From: a virus
Taxonomy: Duplodnaviria; Caudoviricetes
Strand: one strand, 5' to 3'
IMG/VR virus record: IMGVR_UViG_3300031772_000034
Span: 1-62,171 of that record
DNA: 62,171 nt
In this document: in pieces, positions 46,671 through 55,518 of the stretch
How positions within the stretch are numbered: the stretch's first letter is position 1
Layout of the letters: every line of letters begins with the position of its first letter
Notes under the pieces: generated by a model
Told to the model about the DNA's origin: nothing
The model's database searches: none
Seen by the model: only the letters and a program-made list of their open reading frames with translations
Translations under genes and position numbers: made by a program

Positions 46671-49600
46671 ATGAAAAAAATGCGCTCCCATTATGGGCGC
46701 AGTATGTTTAAATCCCCTCCCGTCCGCCGGTTACTTATCGATCGTGAAAAATTAGTTAATGATCTTCGAAAGCGCTCTTGGCCTGCTTGGCAGCAGATGA
46801 CCAAAGATATCGGGATCGCCTTGGATGGATTCAAGAGAGATTTCGAAAGCGCGAATAGATTCGATCAAGTTGATAATGCGGTATCTACCTTTACCGGCTA
46901 CGTTAATTCAACAGCTTCAGATGTCTATGATCGCGCACTTGTTAGTGGCACCCGCTATGCAGAGAGCTATTACGGGAAAATTCCCTGGGATTATAATTCA
47001 CTTCGGAATGCTTCTCTTAAAACTCAGGTGGAAGTCGCTCGGTGGAACAGGGAGAAGCTTTTCAACCAATTTAACAATATAGTCCAGACACAATTTCACG
47101 AGAGCATGACGCCTGAAGAAACGGAACAGGCGACAGCTCGAACTAAACACTCCCTTCTTTCAACAGCATTTCAATTTTTAATGTACACTCAGATAGTCGG
47201 GGATCTTCAACATATTCCCCTTTTCTTAGGTGCGTCTGCGTTTAAAGCTCAAACAGGTGAAGAGCCTCTTTACGAATGGCTTACCACAAGCGGCGATCCG
47301 TGCAATGGCTGCCTCGCGATGGAAAGAATGGGTCCGATGACAAGAGCGGAATTCGCGGGGATTTATCCAAAAACTTGTGATCATGAGTGCCATTCGAATT
47401 GCCACTGTACTTTAGGACTTGTTAATCGGAAGAATACCGTCGTAGATGTTTTAGTCAACCGAATGGTTAGTAGGCAGGCACCTCTTCCAGCGGTAGACTT
47501 TTCGATGGATGTTTTACGTACTAATTACGTAAACGCTGCAATCCCAGAGTTCTTTTCTTTAGTTGAGAAATCCCCTTCGATGCAGCGGTGGGAAAATTTC
47601 CTTTCCCTCGGATCTGTTTCAGAGGGCGCTAAATTTGATGTTGCGTTTGAATCGGGTGTTGGATACAAAATAACCGTCCCAGCGGCTGTAACTTCCCAAC
47701 AGAAGCAATCTCTTATTCTTCGAGGCATAGCAAAGGTACAGAATAATAATTTACACGCTGCTTATGGCGATAGCTTTACAAATTACGCGGAAGATTTTTA
47801 TTCCTATGTTGTACAGGACTTTTCGAATACTATCGCTGGAGAGCAGGGCGTCACAGCCGCCATTCGAAAACAGCTTGTTACAAATCCCAATGCAGCCTTT
47901 AACAGATTGAAAGAACTTGGCATTTATCCAAAAACATATGCCGTTGATGTAGATTTTCTTTATAATCACGATCTCAATGGGCTAACAGAATATTATATTA
48001 AATCATTCTACTCCAATTATAATAGCTTCCGGTCTCTTCCTGGCGCAGCGCAGTTTGAATCTTTTTATAGGGACTTTGCGTTCTCGCTACCAGAACATAA
48101 ACAATACATTACGAGAGAATTCCATGATCTTCCGAAGTTCTGGCATCGGAACGCGACGCCAGAAACATTAACAAAGAAATTTTTACTTCGTCCTGACGGT
48201 ACTCCTGGGCCTAGCGCATTATATGGACAGGCAAACGCCGCTGAGTGGGTAAAGGAGCTTTTAACTGCATATCCTTCATTAAGCAGAAAAGAATTTTTTG
48301 AGGGTCTCGACTACATCGCCACATACGGTGAATATGACGGTGTTTGGACAAGTAAGGAGTTATCAGGGCTGGTTGAAAAAACGCTTCTCAGTTCATCTCT
48401 TCCTAAGAAGCTTCGAGATGAAGCGATGTCTCGTGTAGTAGAAATCTACGGCGCTGATGTCGCTAAGGACGTCACGATTGATAGTATGATATTATCTCGA
48501 CCAAATGCGCGTATATTCGCTCATGAGCTTGGCCACCATGTCTGGGGCACTCAATTATGGTCTCCATTGGCGAGCGCAGGATTCCAAATTCATAAGGCCG
48601 TGGGATATCAGGAGTTTTATGCGTTATGGAAATCCCATATTGCGGTAGCGTCAACGGCTTTTAAGGATGCGCTCATTCAAGCGAGCACGAAAGAATTAGA
48701 CCTATGGAAGTGGTGGCAGTGGGCTTACACTACTGCTTTGAAGTACGCTGAAAAGGGGGAGGTCGGTAAAATTCTCCCGAAAGTGATTGACGCCCTTCCG
48801 AATGAATTACGGACGGCCGTTACGTTATATTCGAAGATGCCGATGGAAAAACTTCTGCAATTCCACGAATGGTTCGCAGAAATGTTTTCGCTTATTAATA
48901 TCGCACCTGGTGCGATTAACGCCACCGCGATGCCAATCGCAGATGAATTTCAGTATCTAATTCGAAAGAATATTTTAGGGTTAAAGACAGCGATTCCTTT
49001 AACTGGCCCCGCGGCTTCTGTTGACGTGAGAATCCTTACCGCCATGAAAGAATTTGATCCCGAGCTTACTTCTGAACAGGCTATTCAAGAGCTCACGAAG
49101 ACGCTTGAGAAAACGAAGAAGCCCGCTGCAACAGCCACTGGTGTTGTAAAGAAACGTAGCCTAATTGAATACGACTCTGAAAGCTCCCTCCCCGAGTTAT
49201 CTCGACCATGGAAATCAGACTTCCCTACAGATGCTGAAATAACTAAATATCAGGCTCCTTGGGAAGCCATAAAAGTAAAATCTATTATGGAGGAAACGGG
49301 CTTTAATAAGGAAAAAGCCACTCGTATTTCTGCGGCTATTGATGACTTTACAACGGGCGGAGATTGGGCAGGTATTCGAGACGTTCAAATGACTCTGGAT
49401 AAAGCGAACCCACTTTTCACCATTGCTGAGGATCTCGAAGAATACATTGCAGTAGCACCGAAATGGACTGGCCCGATATATCGTGGATTATCATTTGATT
49501 CAGAGCAAACGTGGAATCGACTTCGTCGATTGAAACCTGGCGAATCATTTGATATGCTCGGATTGTCGTCCTGGTCTTTAGATGAAGGTGCCGCTGAATT

Positions 49601-51242
49601 ATTTATGGGTGAAGGGAAGTATAGCGTTCTTATTTCATGCAAGAACCCTGATACTGCGGCACTCGTATCTCATTACATAATCGATCCTGGGGCGAAGGAA
49701 GTCATCGTGTCTGGTAAATCCGCTTTTAAGATAAAGCATCTAAAGGTAGACACTGTGGCTAAACAGATTCTAGTTGATGTTGAAGAGGAGACAACTGATC
49801 GCGCTCTTGTAGCGTCTTCCTTTAAAGCAGCTACCAAAGAAGGCGAAGTTGTTAAAGGTATTCCGAAGACGACGTCCAAGATGAAGAAACCTCTTCCTGA
49901 AGTGGAGAGCGAGTATAAGACCGGAGATTGGGAGCAGAAGTTTACCGAAGCTCGCGTTAATATTGTAATGGAAGATACTGGTCTTCCTCGAATAAATGCG
50001 GAGGGAGCTGTCCTAGCAATCGACCAGTATTCAGAGTCCTATTATGCGAGTATTCGCCAGGCACAACGAATGGGTCGATTAGATACTCCTTCTGGTAAGC
50101 TTGCGACTGCGATTGAAGATTATATTGAAGCTGCGCCTAAGTGGGTTGGCGATCCTATTTATCGAAAGATGTCCTGGATAGAATCTGATCAGTGGAATAA
50201 ATACATTGCGTTAAAGGAGGGTGAGAAGTTCGATATGATGGGGCTATCCTCCTGGACGACTGATATGGACTGGCTTAAAAAATGGCAAGAGTTACCGCCT
50301 TATAAAGGATACTTTGTGTGTAAGAAGCCTTTAACTGCAACGCCCATCCCACAACTTTCTCGACGTCCGAATGAGCGCGAACTCCTTATGTCGGGGAATT
50401 CTACGTTTAAGGTCGTATCGATGAAGGTGGATCGCGCGAAGAGAACCTTTACTATGGAAGTCGAAGAACTTCCTCGGACTGCAAAAGTATTAACGCCCGC
50501 ACAGTTTAGTGCGGCACAAACTAAAGGAGTCCCGAAGGTTCAATATTTAACCGAACAAAAGAAATTAAACGCCTCGCTTCCTACAGTTGTACAAGAAGCC
50601 GGCCGCGAAGTTTATGAGAAAGTAGGCTATGAAAAATGGACTGAGGCCCGCATTTTAGATGTCATGGCAGATACGGGATATACCCGTGAGAAGGCGACCG
50701 AATTTATAGACTCATATATAGAGTATTCAATGTATAGCGATTTTGCGGCTGCAATTAAAAAGGCACAAAGACAAAAAATCTTTAATCATGCTTTTTCTCA
50801 AGCAGAAGCAATAGAGGGATATATTGCTGATGGCCCGAAATGGCGTGGTGGGCCTATTTATAGAAAATTATCATTCACCGATCGTTGGGCTAATAAAGCA
50901 CTCTCTTCTGTTAAATCGGGGCAATCGTTAGATTTACAGGGACTTACTTCTTGGTCCTCAAGTAAACAATTTGCTAAAGAATTTCAAGGACCCGCAAACT
51001 TTGAATATTTACTCGTATGCGAAAAGCCTATTACCGCAACTCCGGTGGCCCATCTTTCGCTCTTTCAACAAGAGGAGCTTTTAATGTCTGGGTATTCAAC
51101 GGCCCGGGTCAATAAGGTTTATAAGGAGGGGAAACTTACTATAATCGAAGTTGAAGAAGTCCCGAGTGTCGGACTTTCTCAAAAACTGTTAGATAGCGAA
51201 ATGCAGAAGAAGGCCGAAGAAAAAGCGGCAAAGGAGGTGTAA
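46671..51242 (+). CDS. MuF/head-morphogenesis polyvalent protein: MuF, HExxH peptidase-like domain and three ADP-ribosyltransferase domains
   Basis: W...DPCNGC...CHSNCHC (MuF); HELGH...EWFAEMF; three IYR / SW(S/T) / xxE repeats. Confidence 0.8.
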   Translation: MKKMRSHYGRSMFKSPPVRRLLIDREKLVNDLRKRSWPAWQQMTKDIGIALDGFKRDFESANRFDQVDNAVSTFTGYVNSTASDVYDRALVSGTRYAESYYGKIPWDYNSLRNASLKTQVEVARWNREKLFNQFNNIVQTQFHESMTPEETEQATARTKHSLLSTAFQFLMYTQIVGDLQHIPLFLGASAFKAQTGEEPLYEWLTTSGDPCNGCLAMERMGPMTRAEFAGIYPKTCDHECHSNCHCTLGLVNRKNTVVDVLVNRMVSRQAPLPAVDFSMDVLRTNYVNAAIPEFFSLVEKSPSMQRWENFLSLGSVSEGAKFDVAFESGVGYKITVPAAVTSQQKQSLILRGIAKVQNNNLHAAYGDSFTNYAEDFYSYVVQDFSNTIAGEQGVTAAIRKQLVTNPNAAFNRLKELGIYPKTYAVDVDFLYNHDLNGLTEYYIKSFYSNYNSFRSLPGAAQFESFYRDFAFSLPEHKQYITREFHDLPKFWHRNATPETLTKKFLLRPDGTPGPSALYGQANAAEWVKELLTAYPSLSRKEFFEGLDYIATYGEYDGVWTSKELSGLVEKTLLSSSLPKKLRDEAMSRVVEIYGADVAKDVTIDSMILSRPNARIFAHELGHHVWGTQLWSPLASAGFQIHKAVGYQEFYALWKSHIAVASTAFKDALIQASTKELDLWKWWQWAYTTALKYAEKGEVGKILPKVIDALPNELRTAVTLYSKMPMEKLLQFHEWFAEMFSLINIAPGAINATAMPIADEFQYLIRKNILGLKTAIPLTGPAASVDVRILTAMKEFDPELTSEQAIQELTKTLEKTKKPAATATGVVKKRSLIEYDSESSLPELSRPWKSDFPTDAEITKYQAPWEAIKVKSIMEETGFNKEKATRISAAIDDFTTGGDWAGIRDVQMTLDKANPLFTIAEDLEEYIAVAPKWTGPIYRGLSFDSEQTWNRLRRLKPGESFDMLGLSSWSLDEGAAELFMGEGKYSVLISCKNPDTAALVSHYIIDPGAKEVIVSGKSAFKIKHLKVDTVAKQILVDVEEETTDRALVASSFKAATKEGEVVKGIPKTTSKMKKPLPEVESEYKTGDWEQKFTEARVNIVMEDTGLPRINAEGAVLAIDQYSESYYASIRQAQRMGRLDTPSGKLATAIEDYIEAAPKWVGDPIYRKMSWIESDQWNKYIALKEGEKFDMMGLSSWTTDMDWLKKWQELPPYKGYFVCKKPLTATPIPQLSRRPNERELLMSGNSTFKVVSMKVDRAKRTFTMEVEELPRTAKVLTPAQFSAAQTKGVPKVQYLTEQKKLNASLPTVVQEAGREVYEKVGYEKWTEARILDVMADTGYTREKATEFIDSYIEYSMYSDFAAAIKKAQRQKIFNHAFSQAEAIEGYIADGPKWRGGPIYRKLSFTDRWANKALSSVKSGQSLDLQGLTSWSSSKQFAKEFQGPANFEYLLVCEKPITATPVAHLSLFQQEELLMSGYSTARVNKVYKEGKLTIIEVEEVPSVGLSQKLLDSEMQKKAEEKAAKEV

Positions 51243-51243
51243 T

Positions 51244-51402
51244 ATGGGACTTTTAAATCAGGATAGCAGCTTCGCAATTCTAGATGAAAAGGGGAACCCG
51301 GTTTTCATCTACATCGAACCAAAGTCCTCCATCACTGCGAAAGAGAAGCTGGCGAAGGTACGGGAAGAGGAAGAAAAAGCCGCAAAAGCGAAGGAGAAGT
51401 AA
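51244..51402 (+). CDS. small hypothetical protein (52 aa, not in ORF track)
   Basis: AAGGAGGTG RBS, ATG 51244, TAA 51402; MGLLNQDSSFAILDEKG... Confidence 0.65.
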   Translation: MGLLNQDSSFAILDEKGNPVFIYIEPKSSITAKEKLAKVREEEEKAAKAKEK

Positions 51403-51403
51403 T

Positions 51404-52018
51404 ATGGGTCCGAAGGGATTAGTTGTCCGGACAAAAGACGGGCTTGTAGTGGGCGCTTTCAATACCCTCTTTGATAGCGTTACGCTATTCCCCTCTACCG
51501 AGGACTTCAGGCATATTGTCGATGAGTACATGTCGAACGGGATTCTAAACTCTTCTTCAGATGGTGAGATCCTTCCGTTTAAGAAAGCTAAGTTCAGCGA
51601 CATCATATTCGATCTCTCTGTTCGTGGATATGCTCTAACGGATGATGTCGACTTATTGAATATTCCTGTCGACATAAATCCGAAAAAGATGGAAGTCCCG
51701 ATGTCTGGATGGACAGACGATGGGTTCGTCGTTCGCGCAAAGGATAACCAGATCGTCGGGTCATTTAGGATTTCTCAGGGAAAGGTTTCTTACGCTGATA
51801 TCTCTAACGACTTCAGAGACGCACTCCATGAAGTCTCTCGAACAGGATATTGGAATTCATCCAACGAATCATTCGGGCTTATATTTTCTATCGATAAGTT
51901 TGACGTCGCGTCTCCAGAAGATACTCTTCCTAATGTTATGGACACCCTTATTCAGAAAGGATACTACTTACTCCCATCTTGGATATTTAGTCAGGGAGTT
52001 AGGACGTTAAAAACATAG
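51404..52018 (+). CDS. hypothetical protein with internal two-fold repeat
   Basis: AAGGAG RBS before ATG 51404; GLVVRTKDG..VGAF...DFR and GFVVRAKDN..VGSF...DFR. Confidence 0.7.
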   Translation: MGPKGLVVRTKDGLVVGAFNTLFDSVTLFPSTEDFRHIVDEYMSNGILNSSSDGEILPFKKAKFSDIIFDLSVRGYALTDDVDLLNIPVDINPKKMEVPMSGWTDDGFVVRAKDNQIVGSFRISQGKVSYADISNDFRDALHEVSRTGYWNSSNESFGLIFSIDKFDVASPEDTLPNVMDTLIQKGYYLLPSWIFSQGVRTLKT

Positions 52019-52027
52019 GAGGCCATC

Positions 52028-53161
52028 ATGCCAAAACAGGTAGAACATTGTGTAACGGCTTTAATGAAGAGCGGAGACTTCAATCCGAAGATGGAACACG
52101 ATAAGCGGAAATCCGCCGCATACGCTGTTTGCTGGGGACAGTACCAAAAGACTCGTCGTGAGTATGTCGAGAGGGTTAAGAAGAATCGGGATGTCATCAA
52201 AATGACCGATCAGCAGTTGTTATTCGACAACGCAATTTTTGTTGCGTGGGAGAACAAGCTAAAGGCGGGCGGCACGATCAGTGGTTGGTCACAAGAAGAG
52301 ATCCTAACATCTCATCAGGAAATCATTTCAGAATTGCGGAAGCGGGGATATAAACCTGCCGACGCACCAACTCATCTAAGTTCGCTTTCCCAATCGCTCG
52401 GCATGACCGATTTCCCGATTCGGATCCCGTTCATTTCAATCGCAGGCAGTTTTGAAGGGGCGGAACAGCAAAAGAAGGGACCTGATATTTTAGTCTATTC
52501 TCCCGATGTCCCTCTTCTCGAGAAGGACGTTTTATCATTTACCGTCGGCGCATTATTCGAACGTATTGGAAATTTTACCATTCACTTCCTTCCGGATAAT
52601 CATACTGGTCCCTTCACTAAATTCGTTCCGCTTTACAGTCTCGTTTGCCGCTTGGTTGGAAGCGATGCTCCTTTAGCGAGCCCGAGTACTCCCTCTTTAC
52701 CCGATACAGAAACTAAATCACTTCGTCAAATTGTAGCCACTCTCGGTGATGGAGATATTATGTTGTCCGTGAACGCGCTTTGGTTTGACTTCGTTCGAGA
52801 CACTCCTATTGTGGATGTTTACTCTTCCATTCAAATTCCCGAAGATCTTCAGGCTTCAATTGAAGAACAAGTTTCAAGTCTCGTCCCCGCAGAGTATCGC
52901 GATCTCTTTCAATTCCATTTTGATGACACCATCCCCGAATCCGCATCGCCGATGTATGATATCGTTTTACGTCGAATCAATACAATGGATTTGGATGTTC
53001 AAAGGGGGATGGAAGCCTTTTGGAGTAGAATGGCATATCCCAAATATACCACTCCTCTTTTGCCGGAAAAGCCGATTCAATCGTTTAACGTATTAAGTAA
53101 AACATTTCAAAAAGAAAACGTTTTGTCCAAGGAAGACGGTGCGGCCCTAAAAAGGGATTAG
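52028..53161 (+). CDS. head-module protein with degenerate nucleotidyltransferase-like segments
   Basis: N-terminal HCV...AYAVCW domain; ISIAGS...PDILV. Confidence 0.5.
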   Translation: MPKQVEHCVTALMKSGDFNPKMEHDKRKSAAYAVCWGQYQKTRREYVERVKKNRDVIKMTDQQLLFDNAIFVAWENKLKAGGTISGWSQEEILTSHQEIISELRKRGYKPADAPTHLSSLSQSLGMTDFPIRIPFISIAGSFEGAEQQKKGPDILVYSPDVPLLEKDVLSFTVGALFERIGNFTIHFLPDNHTGPFTKFVPLYSLVCRLVGSDAPLASPSTPSLPDTETKSLRQIVATLGDGDIMLSVNALWFDFVRDTPIVDVYSSIQIPEDLQASIEEQVSSLVPAEYRDLFQFHFDDTIPESASPMYDIVLRRINTMDLDVQRGMEAFWSRMAYPKYTTPLLPEKPIQSFNVLSKTFQKENVLSKEDGAALKRD

Positions 53162-53219
53162 CATTCAATATAGTCCGTAGAGTTAATCAGCCCATAGAGG
53201 CACAACAAAAGGAGGCGGT

Positions 53220-55505
53220 ATGATTTCAATCGTGATCCCCTGCTACAATAACTTGGAGTATACGATCGGATGTATTCATTCGATTCGGAAAAATACTCCT
53301 CCCATTGAATACGAGATCATCCTCGTTGATAACGGCTCGACCGATGGCACCAGGGAATGGGCCTGCGCGCAGTCGGATATCATTTATCATCGAGAAGAGA
53401 AAAACCTTGGATTCGGCCCCGCGATAAATGATGGAATGATCCTCGCTAAAGGGAATCAGATCGTTTGGTTAAACAACGATACGATCGTTACCCCGAAATG
53501 GGCCGAACAGATGTTGGATTGTTTAAGCGATGCGGACGTGAAACTTCACTGTCCTAAAGTGGGCCTCGTCGGACCCGCGTCCAATCACGCCATTCCACAG
53601 CAATGTGTCGGAATGGAAGTTCCGCTTAATCGACTCGATGAATTCGCCTCCAGATTTCGGCAGGAGAATTATGATAACTGGATTTACGTTCCATCGCTTT
53701 CTGGCTTCTGTTTAATGATCTCCCGTGAGTGCTATGAAGCAGTCGGACCGGTCGATGACAAGACTTTCCCTGGCGGTGGTTTTGAAGATAATGATTACTG
53801 TGTTCGAGCAATCCAAGCCGGATTCGCGCCAGTGATCGCAGGAGATACCTTTGTCTATCATCATCCCTCAATGACGATGACCAAGTTCTTCGATCCCCTT
53901 ATGTGGCAGAAGAATGAAGTTCCGTTTTACGACAAGCATTTTAAATTACTCCCGAAGGAACAGAAGCTGATCTTCATTTATCGGGTTAAGATTTTGAACG
54001 AGTTGAATCGGAAGCATTTGGTAATGAGTCTCCGTAAATCAGCTACCTTAGCTGACGAGATTTTGATACTCGATGACGGATCCACTACTCCGTGGGAAGG
54101 AGAACAGATCGACGGGTGTCCGATATCTATGCGTCGATACACTCGAGAGTTCGATGAATACCGCGATCGATGGGAGCTCATTCAATGGGCAAAGGAAGAA
54201 GGCGCGTCTTGGGTTGTGAGCATTGATAGCGATGAAGTTTTCGAACCGAAAGTGACAAAGGAATCATTCACTCGCTTAATGAATATGCCCAACCCACAGA
54301 TTTTTTCTTTCGGATTCCCCTTTCGGACTCTTTGGGATAGAGAAGATCAATTTCTTGTAGACTCTACTACACGCGGCGCCCACTTTCGGATGTACAAAGT
54401 TCTTCCTGGCCAAAAGTTAATGCCTGGAAGTGGGAAAGGGCTCCATTGCGGTAACATTCCCTACATGCCCGTTGGAAGCGGCTGTATTACCAACCTGAAG
54501 GTTCTTCATTACGGCTACGTTGATCCGGAAGAGCGGCTTCGGAAGTACAACTTTTATCAGGAGATCGATAAGGAGAAAGACCCTACGCTGGTCGGCGGCG
54601 TAGATTACCGCCACTTGATTACTCGAAATATAACTCTTGCCCCTCTTAAATTAGACACAAAACTTTCTTTGTGCATGATTGGCAAGAATGAGGAAAATCA
54701 AATGGCTGGATTCCTTACGCGGTTCTGGTCAATGGCGGATGAATTTTGTTATGTTGATACGGGATCTACAGATCGATCGTTGAACATCACCAAAATGTGG
54801 GGGGCGAAGACCACCACTCTTCCGATTAGTGAAGGGTTTGCTGCAGCCCGAAATAAATCGAAATCGATGGCCTCTGGCAACTGGATCTGGCAGATGGACT
54901 GGGATGAAGAAATTGAGGAACAGAGTTTTATCCTTTTCCCCACCCTTCTTGAATTAGACTCAACGGGATTCGTTTTTGAAGTCGAGAATCGCCATCGAGA
55001 TGGGAAGATGAACATTACGGAGATCACGAGGTTATTCCGAAATATTCCGGAACTCGTTTATCAGGGGAACGTTCACGAACAAATCGATCGGTGCTGGAAA
55101 GCTCTTCGGGGTAAAGTGAAAGTCACACAGGCACCGATTAAGATAATCCATAATGGGTACCTGAAGGATCCGGCGAAACTGCAGAAGAAATGGGACTTCT
55201 ATAAGAAGATTTGTGAGCGGGAAGCTGAATTGAATCCGAAAGATCCCTTGCCTTTTTATAGTCTTGCGTTATACTTAATAAATGAGAGGGGATTGAAGTC
55301 ATTGAGAAAGGCAGAGGAACTGCTGCTTCGATCGGCTATAAATGATCCAGAATTTTACCAAGCAAAGCACGAACTCGCAGTTGTGTATCTTCGACTCGCA
55401 CAACACTGGGCTTCTCAAGGAGCTCAGCTGGTCCCTGATTCTTTTATCTCCCATAAATTCCTCAAAAGAGTTTCGGATTTTGTTACTAAGTTAATTGGAG
55501 AGTAA
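53220..55505 (+). CDS. multidomain glycosyltransferase (three GT2/GT-A domains plus TPR-like tail)
   Basis: SIVIPCYN/DNGSTDGT/LNND/EDND; LDDGST/IDSDE/HYGY; LSLCMIGKNEE/DTGSTD/FAAARN/DWDE/VHEQ/HNGY. Confidence 0.88.
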   Translation: MISIVIPCYNNLEYTIGCIHSIRKNTPPIEYEIILVDNGSTDGTREWACAQSDIIYHREEKNLGFGPAINDGMILAKGNQIVWLNNDTIVTPKWAEQMLDCLSDADVKLHCPKVGLVGPASNHAIPQQCVGMEVPLNRLDEFASRFRQENYDNWIYVPSLSGFCLMISRECYEAVGPVDDKTFPGGGFEDNDYCVRAIQAGFAPVIAGDTFVYHHPSMTMTKFFDPLMWQKNEVPFYDKHFKLLPKEQKLIFIYRVKILNELNRKHLVMSLRKSATLADEILILDDGSTTPWEGEQIDGCPISMRRYTREFDEYRDRWELIQWAKEEGASWVVSIDSDEVFEPKVTKESFTRLMNMPNPQIFSFGFPFRTLWDREDQFLVDSTTRGAHFRMYKVLPGQKLMPGSGKGLHCGNIPYMPVGSGCITNLKVLHYGYVDPEERLRKYNFYQEIDKEKDPTLVGGVDYRHLITRNITLAPLKLDTKLSLCMIGKNEENQMAGFLTRFWSMADEFCYVDTGSTDRSLNITKMWGAKTTTLPISEGFAAARNKSKSMASGNWIWQMDWDEEIEEQSFILFPTLLELDSTGFVFEVENRHRDGKMNITEITRLFRNIPELVYQGNVHEQIDRCWKALRGKVKVTQAPIKIIHNGYLKDPAKLQKKWDFYKKICEREAELNPKDPLPFYSLALYLINERGLKSLRKAEELLLRSAINDPEFYQAKHELAVVYLRLAQHWASQGAQLVPDSFISHKFLKRVSDFVTKLIGE

Positions 55506-55518
55506 CCAAGGAGGACCA

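Noticed and set aside
51284-51403. Basic N-terminal extension of ORF 51284-52018
   Set aside because: Overlaps the better-supported 52-aa ORF (51244-51402); the SD points to ATG 51404
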